Of a stretch of 64,000 bases of DNA, positions 23,795 to 35,221 are shown in pieces; within the stretch, counting starts at the first letter, position 1; each line of letters opens with the position of its first letter. A model generated the notes under the pieces. The model had not been told where the DNA came from, did not search any database, and worked only from the letters and a program-made list of their open reading frames with translations. The translations under genes and the position numbers were made by a program. The DNA is from Callorhinchus milii. Its lineage: Eukaryota. The stretch spans positions 105,278,001 through 105,342,000 of the forward strand of contig NW_024704742.1 in the NCBI RefSeq assembly GCF_018977255.1, in the 5' to 3' direction.

Positions 23795-24160
23795 AATAAT
23801 AATCATTGCATTGATATAGCACTTTTCACATCTTCTGGACATCTCAAAGCACTTCACAGAATATACTGTAAAGTATAGTGACTGTATGTTTGTGGGCGAA
23901 ATGTGGCAGCCAATTGCCCACAGCAGTGTCCCATAAACAGTCGTGGATTGAGTGACTAATTTATTATTGTTTTTTTTGAAAGATTATTATCCCTGGAAAA
24001 CCGCTCCGCCAATCGAGTAACAACCGGGTTCCGACTTACTGCTAGGTAAATAGAGATATGTGGAAAAAGGAAACTTGCCCAACATTTCGCCCTGCTGGGA
24101 ATCAAACCCAGGTTTCTTGCTTGCGAGGCGAGTGCTCTAACCACTGAGCTACAGGACTCT
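23795..24160 (-). mobile_element. SINE family A, full length (long form)
   Basis: Tail through head: ...gggaatcaaacccaggtttcttgcttgcgaggcgagtgctctaaccactgagctacaggactc. Confidence 0.9.
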
Positions 24161-25212
24161 TAGTACTGCTTGTTCTGCAGTGCACTGCTTCCCCTTGCTG
24201 GTCTCTCTTGACAGTTCAGCTGTGACAAAACAAATCTGCAGTTCAAGTTGAACTGAGCTTGGTATAGCGTTAACCGTAGTCATTGTTGATTGTATTTGTC
24301 GGTTACTATATCAGTCAGTGATTGATGACTTAGCAGTAAAGAGTTTCTGTCGATGGACATCTCAACCAGACCATCTGATCAGAGCAATTGCAATTAACAA
24401 TGTAATGTGACTATCTGAGTTACCAGGCATTCTGTGTAGGAATTTGTGTTCTGTGGTGAGAGAAATAGGCAAAACAAGTTCATGTTCTCTGGGCAACTCG
24501 GATGACTTTAAGAATGTAGATAGTTATGTTTGATATTGTTTAGAGGCATATATATTCAGTGAAGGACAATGCTTCTGAACTGAAATGTGGATAATGTAAA
24601 ATGAACAAAAAAGATTCTTTATCTTTTAGAAAAAAAACAACTGCTGCATGCCTAGTTTTCCCTGTTGGAATTTTAGCAATAACGTTCCCCCCCAAATAAA
24701 ATGACATTTTAACTGATTCAGCTGTTAGCGAGCTCATTCCACTTGCATTGATACGGTTATTATAGGTTACATGTTGATCTCTATGCTCCTTAATCTGAAA
24801 TGATACAACTGGGACTCTCAAACTATATCTTTATATTCTGTTGACTATTTTTGAATCCAAAGCTTAACAGCTTGTTTTCTGTAATCTTTGGGGAAATGTT
24901 ATCCTTGAACAGATACGGCTGATGCTTAACAGGAAACCTCTTCAGTGTGCAGTCCAGCAGTAAAAATAAAAATGAAACTTTATTCCAACAGACTGTCATT
25001 GCAAATCTTGCATTGAAACAAACTTTCTCCCTGGTCCCAGGTGAAACTGCTTTATACTCAAAAAGAGGAGCTTCCTCCTGTTATATTCATACAATGAACA
25101 CTGACAACTATTTTGCTGGTCTCCCTGAGTTTGTGACAATGAAATTTGAGTGTGTGCAGCGAGATAGAAGAATATTGTTCACGGACTATTTATCTAACAT
25201 TTTCTTTTTTGA

Positions 25213-25683
25213 TGTACTCACCCGCACAAAACTCTGTACCCCCATCACACCAGTCCTTGCCAGGCTGCACTGGCTCCCAATCAACGAACGAATGGACTTC
25301 AAGATCCTCTCATTAGTTTTTAAATCATTTCATTCCCTCGCACCTCCCTACCTATCTGACCTGCTTACCCCCCACTCAACCGTCTGCTGCTTTCGCTTGG
25401 CTGGCTCTGGCCTCCTACTTGTCCCTCGTGCCCTCTGTTCCACAATTGGTGGCCGTGCTTTCAGTCACTGGACCCCGAACCTCTGGAACTCTCTTCCTCA
25501 ATCCCTCCCTCTTGCCCCCTCCCTCCCCACCTTAAAATTCCACCGAAAGACCTTCCTTTTTGATCATGCTTTACAGACACTTCCCCCCTCCCTCTCCCCT
25601 TGGCTCGTTGTCAGACTCCGCCACTGTAAAGCGCTCTGGGACGCTGCCCCGCATGAAGGGCGCATATAAGTGCAAGTGTTGTT
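25213..25683 (+). mobile_element. L2-clade LINE 3' fragment (ORF2 C-terminus and 3' tail)
   Basis: LTRTKLCTPITPVLARLHWLPINERMDFKILSLVFKSFHSLAPPYLSDLL...IGGRAFSHWTPNLWNSLP, then tail gtaaagcgctctgggacgctgccccgcatgaagggcgcatataagtgcaagtgttgtt. Confidence 0.9.
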
Positions 25684-25726
25684 TCTCCCTCCCCCCCTTC
25701 CAACTGAGACTTTCAAATTTTAGTAC

Positions 25727-26030
25727 TAATAATCATCCTTGCTTTTGATATAGTCGTATTGCATCAAGATGTCTCAAAGCGCTTAACAGGATTTAGTGCA
25801 GTGTCTGTGTATTTGCAGGTGAATGTGGCAGCCAGTATGTGCACTTCAGTGTCCCACAAACAGCCTTGAAATGAATGATTAATGTTATCTGGGGATTTGT
25901 TATTCAGGACACCGGGAGAAATCCCTTCACTTTTCGAGAAATGCCATTGGATCTTTAATGTCCACCTGAACCGGCATCTGGTTTAACTTCTCATCCAAAG
26001 AACGCCTCTGACAATGCAGTGCTTCCCCCA
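25727..26030 (-). mobile_element. Deu-domain SINE, 5'-truncated
   Basis: Shared tail plus gccattggatctttaatgtccacctgaac...catccaaagaacgcctctgacaatgcagtgc. Confidence 0.75.
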
Positions 26031-27330
26031 ACACATCTAAACAAATTTCAAATAAATGATATTTATCTGGTACAAGTGAAAATATTTCCCTACTCCAAAT
26101 GTTGACCTTCTGCTGAAGTCTATTATAGTTTCGAGCATCAAGGCAGTTCTTGTTCAGTAAGCCTATTGTTTAGCTTTGTGAATTATGTGCTGCAGTTGTT
26201 ACTGTTGGAGAACCATAAATGGATAGAATTGTATTAGGCAGCTTTTAGCATACTATCCTTCATAAACAGGCAAATTAAAGAAAGGGGCTTGAAGGGCGAT
26301 GGGCATAATGTGGGGCTGGTACGGACTCAATGGACGGATGGCCTCCTTCTGCACTGCAGATTTCTATGCTTCTGGGTTCCTATCCTTCCTGTTTGAGTGC
26401 ATCAACGTATTCAGTATTTTTACCTGCAGAAGCTGTAGCTCACTCTTTCAGTAAAACATTTTTACTTTCCCTCCCCTCCCCGCAGTCTGTTGCTATGGAG
26501 GTCAGATAATGTCCCATTGCTACTATTCATGATGGGAAGCTAAGAAGAGTATTTTCAGAGGCGATATTCAAATCCCTCTGCCTCAAGTTAATGCACATCT
26601 CATGGTATCAATCAGCTGTTCACTTGTTGGACTTAAAGCAAGCTGTACAGAGGATCAGGCCACTTGGGGCATCAGATGTACAAATGGCTTGTTCACTGAA
26701 GTAAATAATGCCCTTGTCTTTTAAACTCATTTCTATGCAATCGAATGATGCATTTGTGTACAACCTCCACCCTTGTATGTTGATCTGTAACTCACCACTG
26801 TATTTCATTACAAATAAGATTACTTTAGAAGGGTTTCATCATGCAATGGAGAGGCAAAGAGCAATTTATAATTATGGTAACCTCTTAACAGACTGTGCTC
26901 TTGGTAGCAGTGACCCATTGTCCATGGGGTTGTGAACAGCAGGTCAAGCCTCTTGCTAGTATTGATAGGGTTTAAATAGCGTGCCCTTCAAAACGAGGCT
27001 TCTGCCCATCATTCTGTGCTAGTTCCTTTCTTTCTTAATCAGTTCCAGCACCAAAAACTAGCATTGCAAGATTGAGGTCACTGAGATTGATAGTTTGCTA
27101 CACTGTTTGTTTTCAGAAGCTTCAATTTTAGTGAATGAGAACACCAACATCTCTGGTTACACAGCGCACTGCAGACAGGAGTTTTTGGGTGGGGGAGGAG
27201 GGGGATGAAATGGTTACATTTAATTATGTTTAGTGAGTCAACCAATTGATTTTGTGAGGAATCAGGCCAATACAAAGGTAAGGTTATAGGTTGAGAGAGT
27301 TAAACTTACATTTGTTTCTTCTTTAATATA

Positions 27331-27710
27331 TAATAATAATAATGATCCTTGAATTTGATATAGCGCTTATCAAGTCTTCTCTCAAAGTGCTTCACAGAAT
27401 AACTATACTGTAAAGTGAATTGACTGCATATTTTGTGGGTGAAATGCAGCAGCCAATTGAGCACAACAGTGTCCCACAAACAGTTGTGGACTCAGTGACC
27501 ATATTATTGTTTTAAATTTTTTTTGAAGGGATTATTACCTCCAGAAAAGCGCTCTGCTAATTGACTTAACAACCAGGTTCCTATTTACTGCTAGGTTAAC
27601 AGATGCGTGTGGAGTAAGGAAACTTGCCCAATGTTTCGTCCTGCCCAGGAATCAAACCCAGGTCTCTCACTTGTGAGGCGAACGCTCTAACCACTGAGCT
27701 GCAGGACTCC
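27331..27710 (-). mobile_element. SINE family A, full length (long form)
   Basis: (TAA)n tail through head ...ggtctctcacttgtgaggcgaacgctctaaccactgagctgcaggactcc. Confidence 0.9.
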
Positions 27711-29776
27711 ACCAGGGTATTTCCTAGTGGACAGCTTCAGAGGAGCTTTGGAAGCAGGTATCCCTTAAGCCTATCGACCACTCATGGCTTGTGGTCCAGG
27801 GCAGAGGTTGCATGAAGATCATGCAACTTGTGCAATTGCTTGGGGCCCTGGGCCAGTCAGGCCCCGCTTGGACCAAGTGATAAATTTCAGATTTTCTGGC
27901 CTGAGGAGGTAATTGGAGATCATGCCTTTTCACAATCGTACATGTGCGGATTTGCCACTAGGTTAAGTAGGTAGTGTTTAGTATCACTGTCTAGTAAAAT
28001 GTAGGGGCCCAAAACCAAACCTTTGCACAAGGCCCCCGCAAGGCAACCACCTACACTGTCCCAGTGTGACCCAAATGAAGAAAAATCAAATTGCATGTTT
28101 CTGCAGTGGTGCAACAGCTGGTTACGCTCCGCATTCAGTGTTAGAGAAGTTTGAAAGTCCTTAGTTACATTTGCAGATTAAGGTTTTCTTACAACATTAA
28201 AATCAATCTTCGTAAAATTAGAGATTAGAGAACAAAATCACATTGTTTAAAGAAGAAATGAAGACAAGGGAGAAAACTTTTCGTGCAAAGTTATTTCTTT
28301 TTTTCCTCCACATCTTACTTTTCAACTTCCCATACATCTGTGATATATTAGAATTTTTTTTTTGATATCGTGGATACCCATCGTTTCTGGCAGCTATTTC
28401 ACTTGTGATCCAGTAATTTCTGTAACACTGATCGATAACAGTAGCTACATTTTGGTGCATTCTTTATGGGAAATCCCATTTTGAAGATGACTGAAAAGGT
28501 AGCTATGATGAGAGATCAGCATAAATCAGACACTTATATTACCGAATAGCTCCAGTACCTCTTGGGCCATCTGCATCAATTTCATTACAAACTGGTGTTC
28601 TTGACCAGCTTGGAGTCTCATCTGGAAATGCAGTGGGGGGTGGGGGAGAAGGGAAACCCAAACAAAGAGACATTGCTCGTTTAATGTTCAGTATTCCCCA
28701 AGTAATAAGATAAAAGCCGCAACCTAATTATGTGTGCGCTCTTTGGCAGATGAGCCATGAAAAGATGAATTGGTTGTACAGTGTCTCCTCTCCTATTGAA
28801 ACATAAGATGGTTTCATCACTGACTTGAAAGAAAACCAAAACAAAACTTGCTAACACAGTTAATAGTCTTGTAAAACCCTGCGAGTAAATTTTGCAATAA
28901 GTCATCAATAATAAATTGAATACTTTACTGTAAATAATCCCATCAATCTGTGTTTCAGGATTACATTTTTTTTAAAAAAAATTTACTTGCTCTGGATATT
29001 GTGCTCAGCGAGGATCTGAAATGGCTGCGATTACTAAATAGTAAGCCTCTCCGTTAATATTTTGTACTGAAGCAGAACAAATCCTTGGACTGTGTGGCGG
29101 CATTCAGACACAATGCTCACTGAACCGAGGCAACTCTACCCTTCAGTTGATTGACTTCAGTCCAGACAAAAGGAGTCGGTCTCTTGATGAGGATTGGAAT
29201 GCTTAATCCCCAATGATTTTAGTTTATTTATGTTGGTGCTCCACATTGAGTTTAGAAGTGCATCTTATTGCATTGTTGCAGCCATTTCTCTTTACAAACT
29301 GAGGTTTGAGGCAGATGTGCATGTGTTATTCAACCCAAAGCCCTTATTATGATGAGTTTCTTTAAACAGAACTCTGCTTTTACAGATCCAATATAACACG
29401 AGCTTTTATTAACTCTTATTTTGTTCAATTTGCTCCTTATTTTTCTCCTCTTTATTGTCTCCCCTCCAACGCCACATACCTTCCAGCGCCTTCCTCCCGA
29501 CATGAAAGGCGCTTTACAAATGTAATTTTTTTGTTGTTGTTGTTGATTTTGACTTTGGCCAGGCTATTGGGAGTCACAGGAGAATGTCTGACTATTGTTT
29601 TGCAAGAAAAAAATGAACAATTCATTTTTACCTCCATGTCACATTGCCTGACTAATTGTTGCTTTTAATTTGATTTTAACAAGGCCCAAGTGGTAAAATG
29701 CTGCTATGATTTTATGTTTCTTTTAACTTTATAGCTTGTGTATGAAAATTTTTAAAGATAAGAAACCTATATTCGT

Positions 29777-30094
29777 GGAGTCCTGTGGCTCAGTGGTTAG
29801 AGCACTCGCTTTGCAAGCGAGAGACCTGAGTTCAATTCCAGGCAGAGGGCGAAACCTTGGGCAAGTTTCCTTACTCCACACAGAGCCTAATAATAATCCC
29901 TCCCAAAAACCAAAAACAATAATTAAATTGGTCATTTTCAATCTACGACTGTTTGTGGGATTGCTGTGCGCAATTGGCTGCCGCGTTCGCCCACAAATAT
30001 ACAGTCATTTCACTTTACAGTGTGTTCTGTGAAGCGCTTTGGGACGTCCTCCCGACGTGAAAAGCGCTATGTCAAATGCAAGGATTATTTTATT
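29777..30094 (+). mobile_element. SINE family A, young short subfamily
   Basis: Near-identical to 8331-8657; anticodon arm ctcgc-tttgcaa-gcgag. Confidence 0.9.
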
Positions 30095-30115
30095 CCGTCA
30101 GAAATGTAATCTTGC

Positions 30116-30173
30116 TTGAGCTTATTCCCGAATAGCATGGATGTTTGAGTTTATTCTTGAATAGTATGAGTAT
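30116..30173. repeat. Two diverged copies of a 29-bp tandem unit
   Basis: ttgagcttattcccgaatagcatggatgt / ttgagtttattcttgaatagtatgagtat. Confidence 0.6.
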
Positions 30174-30175
30174 CT

Positions 30176-30533
30176 TAGTGATTAGAGCACTTGCCTCGCA
30201 AACGAGAGAACTGGGGTTCGATTCTCATGCAGGGCGAAACCTTAGGTAAGTTTCCTTACTCCACAGCCCTCTGTTTACCTAGTAGTAAGTAGGAACCTGG
30301 TTTTAAGTTGATTGCTTTCCCGGGGTAATAATAAGCCCCTCCCAAAAAATAATAATAATGTGGTCATTCAATCCACGACGGTTTGTGGGACTTTGCTGTG
30401 CGCAATTGGCTGCCGCATTTCGCCCACAAAATACAGAGTCAGTACACTTTACAGTATATTCTGTGAAGCTCTTTGAGACATCTCAATGACATGATAAGGT
30501 CCTATGTTAAATGCAAGGATTATTATTATTATG
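30176..30533 (+). mobile_element. SINE family A (long form)
   Basis: tagtgattagagcacttgcctcgcaaacgagag...ggttcgattc...ctgtttacctagtagtaagtaggaacc...aaatgcaaggattattattatt. Confidence 0.85.
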
Positions 30534-33500
30534 ATGTATAGAGCTGTGGGATTGAGAGAGAGGCGGAGGTGCAGCAAGATAGGGAGGGAGGTGGAAGTGG
30601 GGGAGCTCTTTCGTATGCTTTTGCAGCAAACAGATTTGAGGAAAAGGATAAACACCCAAAAAGGTAAGTGTAAAATAATCTCTGGTTTGTACAAGAATTA
30701 TTATTATTAAATCTGCAAAGAAATGCTGAATTTTACAGGAGTGTAGTACTGCACACCTTCAATTAAGATCAATCTCAGTTTCACACTGGGCACTTCTCTT
30801 CCTCTAAGGGGGGAATGGCAAAGTTGCTTTGCCATTCAAAAGATTGGCCAGTGCCACCGTTTCCACTGAACAGCAGTATACAAACTGAAGTGGAATATAA
30901 AAACAATTGTCTGTAAGCACATTGACTAAAATTTAACCATTGCTTTGCACTGCAGAGGTATTGCTTTATTGCGGGTAATAATAATATTAATCCTTGCATT
31001 TGATATAGTGCCTTATCAGGTTGTTGAGATATCTCAAAGCGCTTCACAGGATATAAGTGAATTGACTATATTTTGTGAGCGAAATACAGCAGCCAAAATG
31101 CATGTATTATTGAGCATTACAAATTAAAACTTCTCTTTTAGAGGTGGTGGGATGGAGATCTTTAAATGTCATTATTAAAATATTTTGATGTCTAATTTGT
31201 TCATTTTAATGTTACCTTTGTTGGAAATTTTGACAAAGCATATTTTTACAATGATCATGAGCAAAGGGTATTCAATCCAACAGAAAATGCGGTTCAGTTT
31301 AAATTATACCAGGGAGACACCGCAGTTAATTTCATATCAACTTTTGTGTATTGGACAAAGTGGATAATTTATCATAAGTGACTCTTAGAAATTTGCAAAT
31401 GTGAAACTCTTTATCACCTCACTCATTATGATTTGCTTCACTAGGTAAATAATTTGTTCTTTCAGATTATGCCCAATTTAATCTATGTATTAAAATGCTT
31501 CATTGTGTTCTATTTTTCTCCAAATCCCAACATCCTTTACAAAAGATATTGTAGAATTTGTCAGATGATGGGTGTGTGCTGCACACCCCCCACCCCCCAC
31601 ACACACATACACACAAGCAACCACACAATAAACTTTGAGCATTGCAAAAGCAAAATGTCTAATGAGCTTTGTCTGTATTCCGAGCATAGCATTTGTTTAT
31701 AACTGTTATTTGGTTCCATTCACAGCTTTAGAAATGTAGAATAGGTTTGTATTGTGAAAACTGGAGAGATCTTTTATTGCTAAAAGAATTGTGTGCCATT
31801 TTGGAAATTATTACAAACCTTGTACAAAATTCTGTAATATTACAGAATTATTACAAACAGATTGTACTGTGAAAAACTGAGTCTCAATACAGATGTTCAT
31901 TGTACTCTGCACTCCAAAGATTTCAGGTAATCTTGAAAATGGAATGAACAACTGCTGAGGCAGCATTGAGAAGGTGGGAAAAGGTAATGAATGTATGTTA
32001 ATATAGTAATTTAGAGGAATTGGTGTTCTTTGGGGCTGAAATTCTGGTTGATATAACATTCAGCATTTTAGGGTGATATGCGGTTATAATAAGGAAATCC
32101 CATTAGAGCCTGACATTGCCAAAGGCACTGTGCATAAGGTCACCTGGAATTTGAGCCCATTTTTGAGATTAACGATTGAGCACATTGTGTGGGAGATACG
32201 AGTGCTGAAATTTCGACTGGATATATGTGCGTTGGTTGGAGGGAGGAAAGCAAGATGATGGTGAGGAGGGAGTGACATTTATATTAAATAATATTTGTGG
32301 ATGGTCGAGGATGATGAATGAAAGTGAGACCAATTGCTGAATGTAATATGGAAGCTAGGAAGGACTCTTAAACACAGAACACAGTCAAGCTTGTCATCTG
32401 CAAAAGAGTAGCTGCTTTTTCCAGGTTCAAAAAACAAGGTGCATTTGTTGTTAACACTTTCTGGTTACTAACTTCAAATATTTTTTACATTTTACTTGAG
32501 GTTAGAGGAGTATGACGGTGTAGCATGGAGCAAATACTTCAAAACTTCCAATATTAAGCATTTCCATCTTCTGGGAAATTTGAATATTTCTGTTACTGAT
32601 CCCATTTGATAATAATAATAATCCTTGCATTTGCTATAGCGCTTTTCACATCTAGATGTCTCAAAGAGCTTCACAGAATATACTGTAAAGTGAATTGACT
32701 GTATATTTGTGGGTGAAATATAATATCTCTCTGTAAGGGATAATTCAGTTGATATTAGATTGGGGACTGTCAGTGACTGAGCAAAAACATAGTTCCTTTT
32801 ACTCACAATAGCTTAGGGTTATTGCTTTTTGTGTTCATATTGTTTTCTCGCCACCTTTCTGTTTTTGCTTTTTCTTTCCAGTTTTGTGGCTGCTTACACA
32901 ATCCTGGGGATTGCCAACCTTAGTGGATCAGAATCTACTTTGTAGATGGCTGAGTCAAAAAATGTGGAAGAGACAAACTCAGTGCATCACCATGTAGGTG
33001 GGGGAAGTGCTGGTTGGGTCGGGGTTGGGTGGAGGGGGGGGTGGGATGGCGGTGGGAGGTGATGATGAGTCAGAAGGAGTGAGGCAATTTGAAGAAGAGC
33101 CGTCTTGAGATCACTCATATGCAACTTATTCAGTAAGTTTGACAGGACAAGGTAACAGGGAGCTTCCCTTATGGCTGCAATCCATGTGTGACAGATTGAA
33201 GAGAAAATAGAGTGATATCGTATTCCTCTGTAAGGAAGTGATGCGCAAATCCTTTTTTCACAGTGGAAGTAGTGCCATATAATTTAAAATTGGCCACTTC
33301 TGCTTTGTTGCACTGTTTGCATATTTGCTTTATTACACATGCACACCTTTTTTTGCACACCTTTGAGTCTGTTTTGTAAGATATTTCACCTTTTAAGTTC
33401 TAGTTTTTGATCTTAACTCTTTGCATAGTTCCTTTTACTCTATATTGCTCTCATCCCCTTAGTTTTGTTGAATTGCAAATTATACACTTCGAGTAGTATC

Positions 33501-34084
33501 TATTGGAGTTGTTTTGTCTTCCTTGATGTTTGCCTCCGGGACGGTACCCCACATGAAGGGCGCTATCTAAATGCAAGTTGTTGATGTTGTTGCCTCTCTG
33601 ACATTTCCTGATCCTGAGTTCTCTCAAGGAAGTCTTGCCTGCAGTGCTCACGGCTTTACTGTGTCGTGCTGTCAGCTGCAGGAACTGTTCACCAGGAGCT
33701 GAGAACAGACAAGGACATTCCTGAATGTCTGACAGGAACTTAAATTCACTGTGTCTACAAACCAAACCAGGCAGGACTTCCTTGAGGAAGAAAAACTAGC
33801 TTCGAAAAAAAACTCATGCATTGCTGTTAATTTACACAATCTTCTTTGGGTTCTGAAAAAAAACACTAGCTTTGATTCTAAGGGACCAGAGGCATTCAAA
33901 CAAACTAAAAGAGCTCAGAGGATTTCTGATTACCACTATTTCCAGATAGACAGCAACAAATTGCATTTATAAAGCCCGTTTTGTGTCGGGACAATGTCCC
34001 AAGGCGCTGGACAAGTGAAGCTCAGACTTACAGGTTCACATAGGAAATAATGATACTGTTTTATGTTGTACGATGTGTTGTCAA

Positions 34085-34460
34085 CAGGGCTCATTTGGCA
34101 GCACCCTTGCCTCTTAGTCAGAAGGTTCTTGGTTCAAGTCCCACATTGGGACTTTGATATAGTCTGGGCTGATAGTCCAATGCTATGCGTTTGGAGATCC
34201 TGTGCTGCTGGCGGTGCTGTCCTTTGGACGAGATGTTAAATCAAGTGGTTCTCTGCACCTTAATTCAGATGGATATTGGATCTGGTGGCACTGTTTTAAA
34301 AGAGGGGAGTTTCTCCTAGTGTCTTGGCCAACAATCCCCCAAATAAAGGTAGTTATTGACCTAGTGGCTGTTTGTGGGACATTGCTGTGTGCAAATTCGC
34401 TGCTCCTTACCTGAACAAAAATGCACAATTTACAGTTTATCCTGTAAAATACTTTGAGAT
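34085..34460 (+). mobile_element. Deu-domain SINE
   Basis: ggctcatttggcagcacccttgcctcttagtcagaaggttcttggttcaagtccc...ggtgctgtcctttggacgagatgttaaatc...gtgggacattgctgtgtgcaaatt. Confidence 0.75.
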
Positions 34461-35056
34461 TAATATTTTGTTTTGTCGTTTCATGGAATTCGATATTTCC
34501 TCCAATAGTGCTGTTCAGAATAATAAACACTTTGTATTGGTTTCCAGCAAGATTCTAGCACATCCACAGAAGTGGACACCGTACATTACATTGTGCTGCA
34601 ATTTAAATTCAACAACCCATTCTGAGTATTTTTCAATGTTGTTGTTGAGCCGGGTGTCTAATCTGTGAGGAAACCCATCACTGTTCATAAGTGTCCAAAC
34701 CTAACTGACAGCTCCACGCATACCACCTATACATGGAAATGCCCAAAATGCATGGAACAGAACAATGCTAATAAGACACTAATCCAAGATGTATTTCCTA
34801 TTATGGTTATCGGGAAACATTGGATGGCAAGAAGCTCAATAGGACACATAACTTGATTGTAACTTGATTATTTAGCCCCTTACACAATTAAGGAAGGATG
34901 GAAGGTCATCAGGGGAAACTGTAATTTTTAGAGGGAAAAATAACATTAAAAAATTGCTTATTGTGATGAGAATAATTCAAAAGGAAATATTTTGATTTGC
35001 TTAATATGAATCAAGTTCCCTTCTCAATTGCTGAACCACCATCCAAATTGTAAGAA

Positions 35057-35221
35057 CAGTAAGCTCCTGATAACTCATCACTCCTAGGGAAAAGGCCCAG
35101 TGACGAGTTATCCAGAGTGGCGAGTGTATAGATACATAAATGCAACCAAGATATTGATAGCATGACGACTTATGTGATAGTGACTAGTTAAAAAGGGTCG
35201 AGTTATCAGGAGTTCACTCTG
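35057..35221. mobile_element. Tc1/mariner (Tigger/pogo-like) MITE relic
   Basis: Perfect 13-bp inverted repeat ctcctgataactc (35064-35076) / gagttatcaggag (35200-35212); left end starts cagt; a third gagttatc lies inside. TA TSD not preserved. Confidence 0.55.

Noticed and set aside
24947..25669. 240-aa ORF as a host gene
   Set aside because: The C-terminal two thirds is L2 ORF2 and 3' UTR; the N-terminal part looks like chance read-through.
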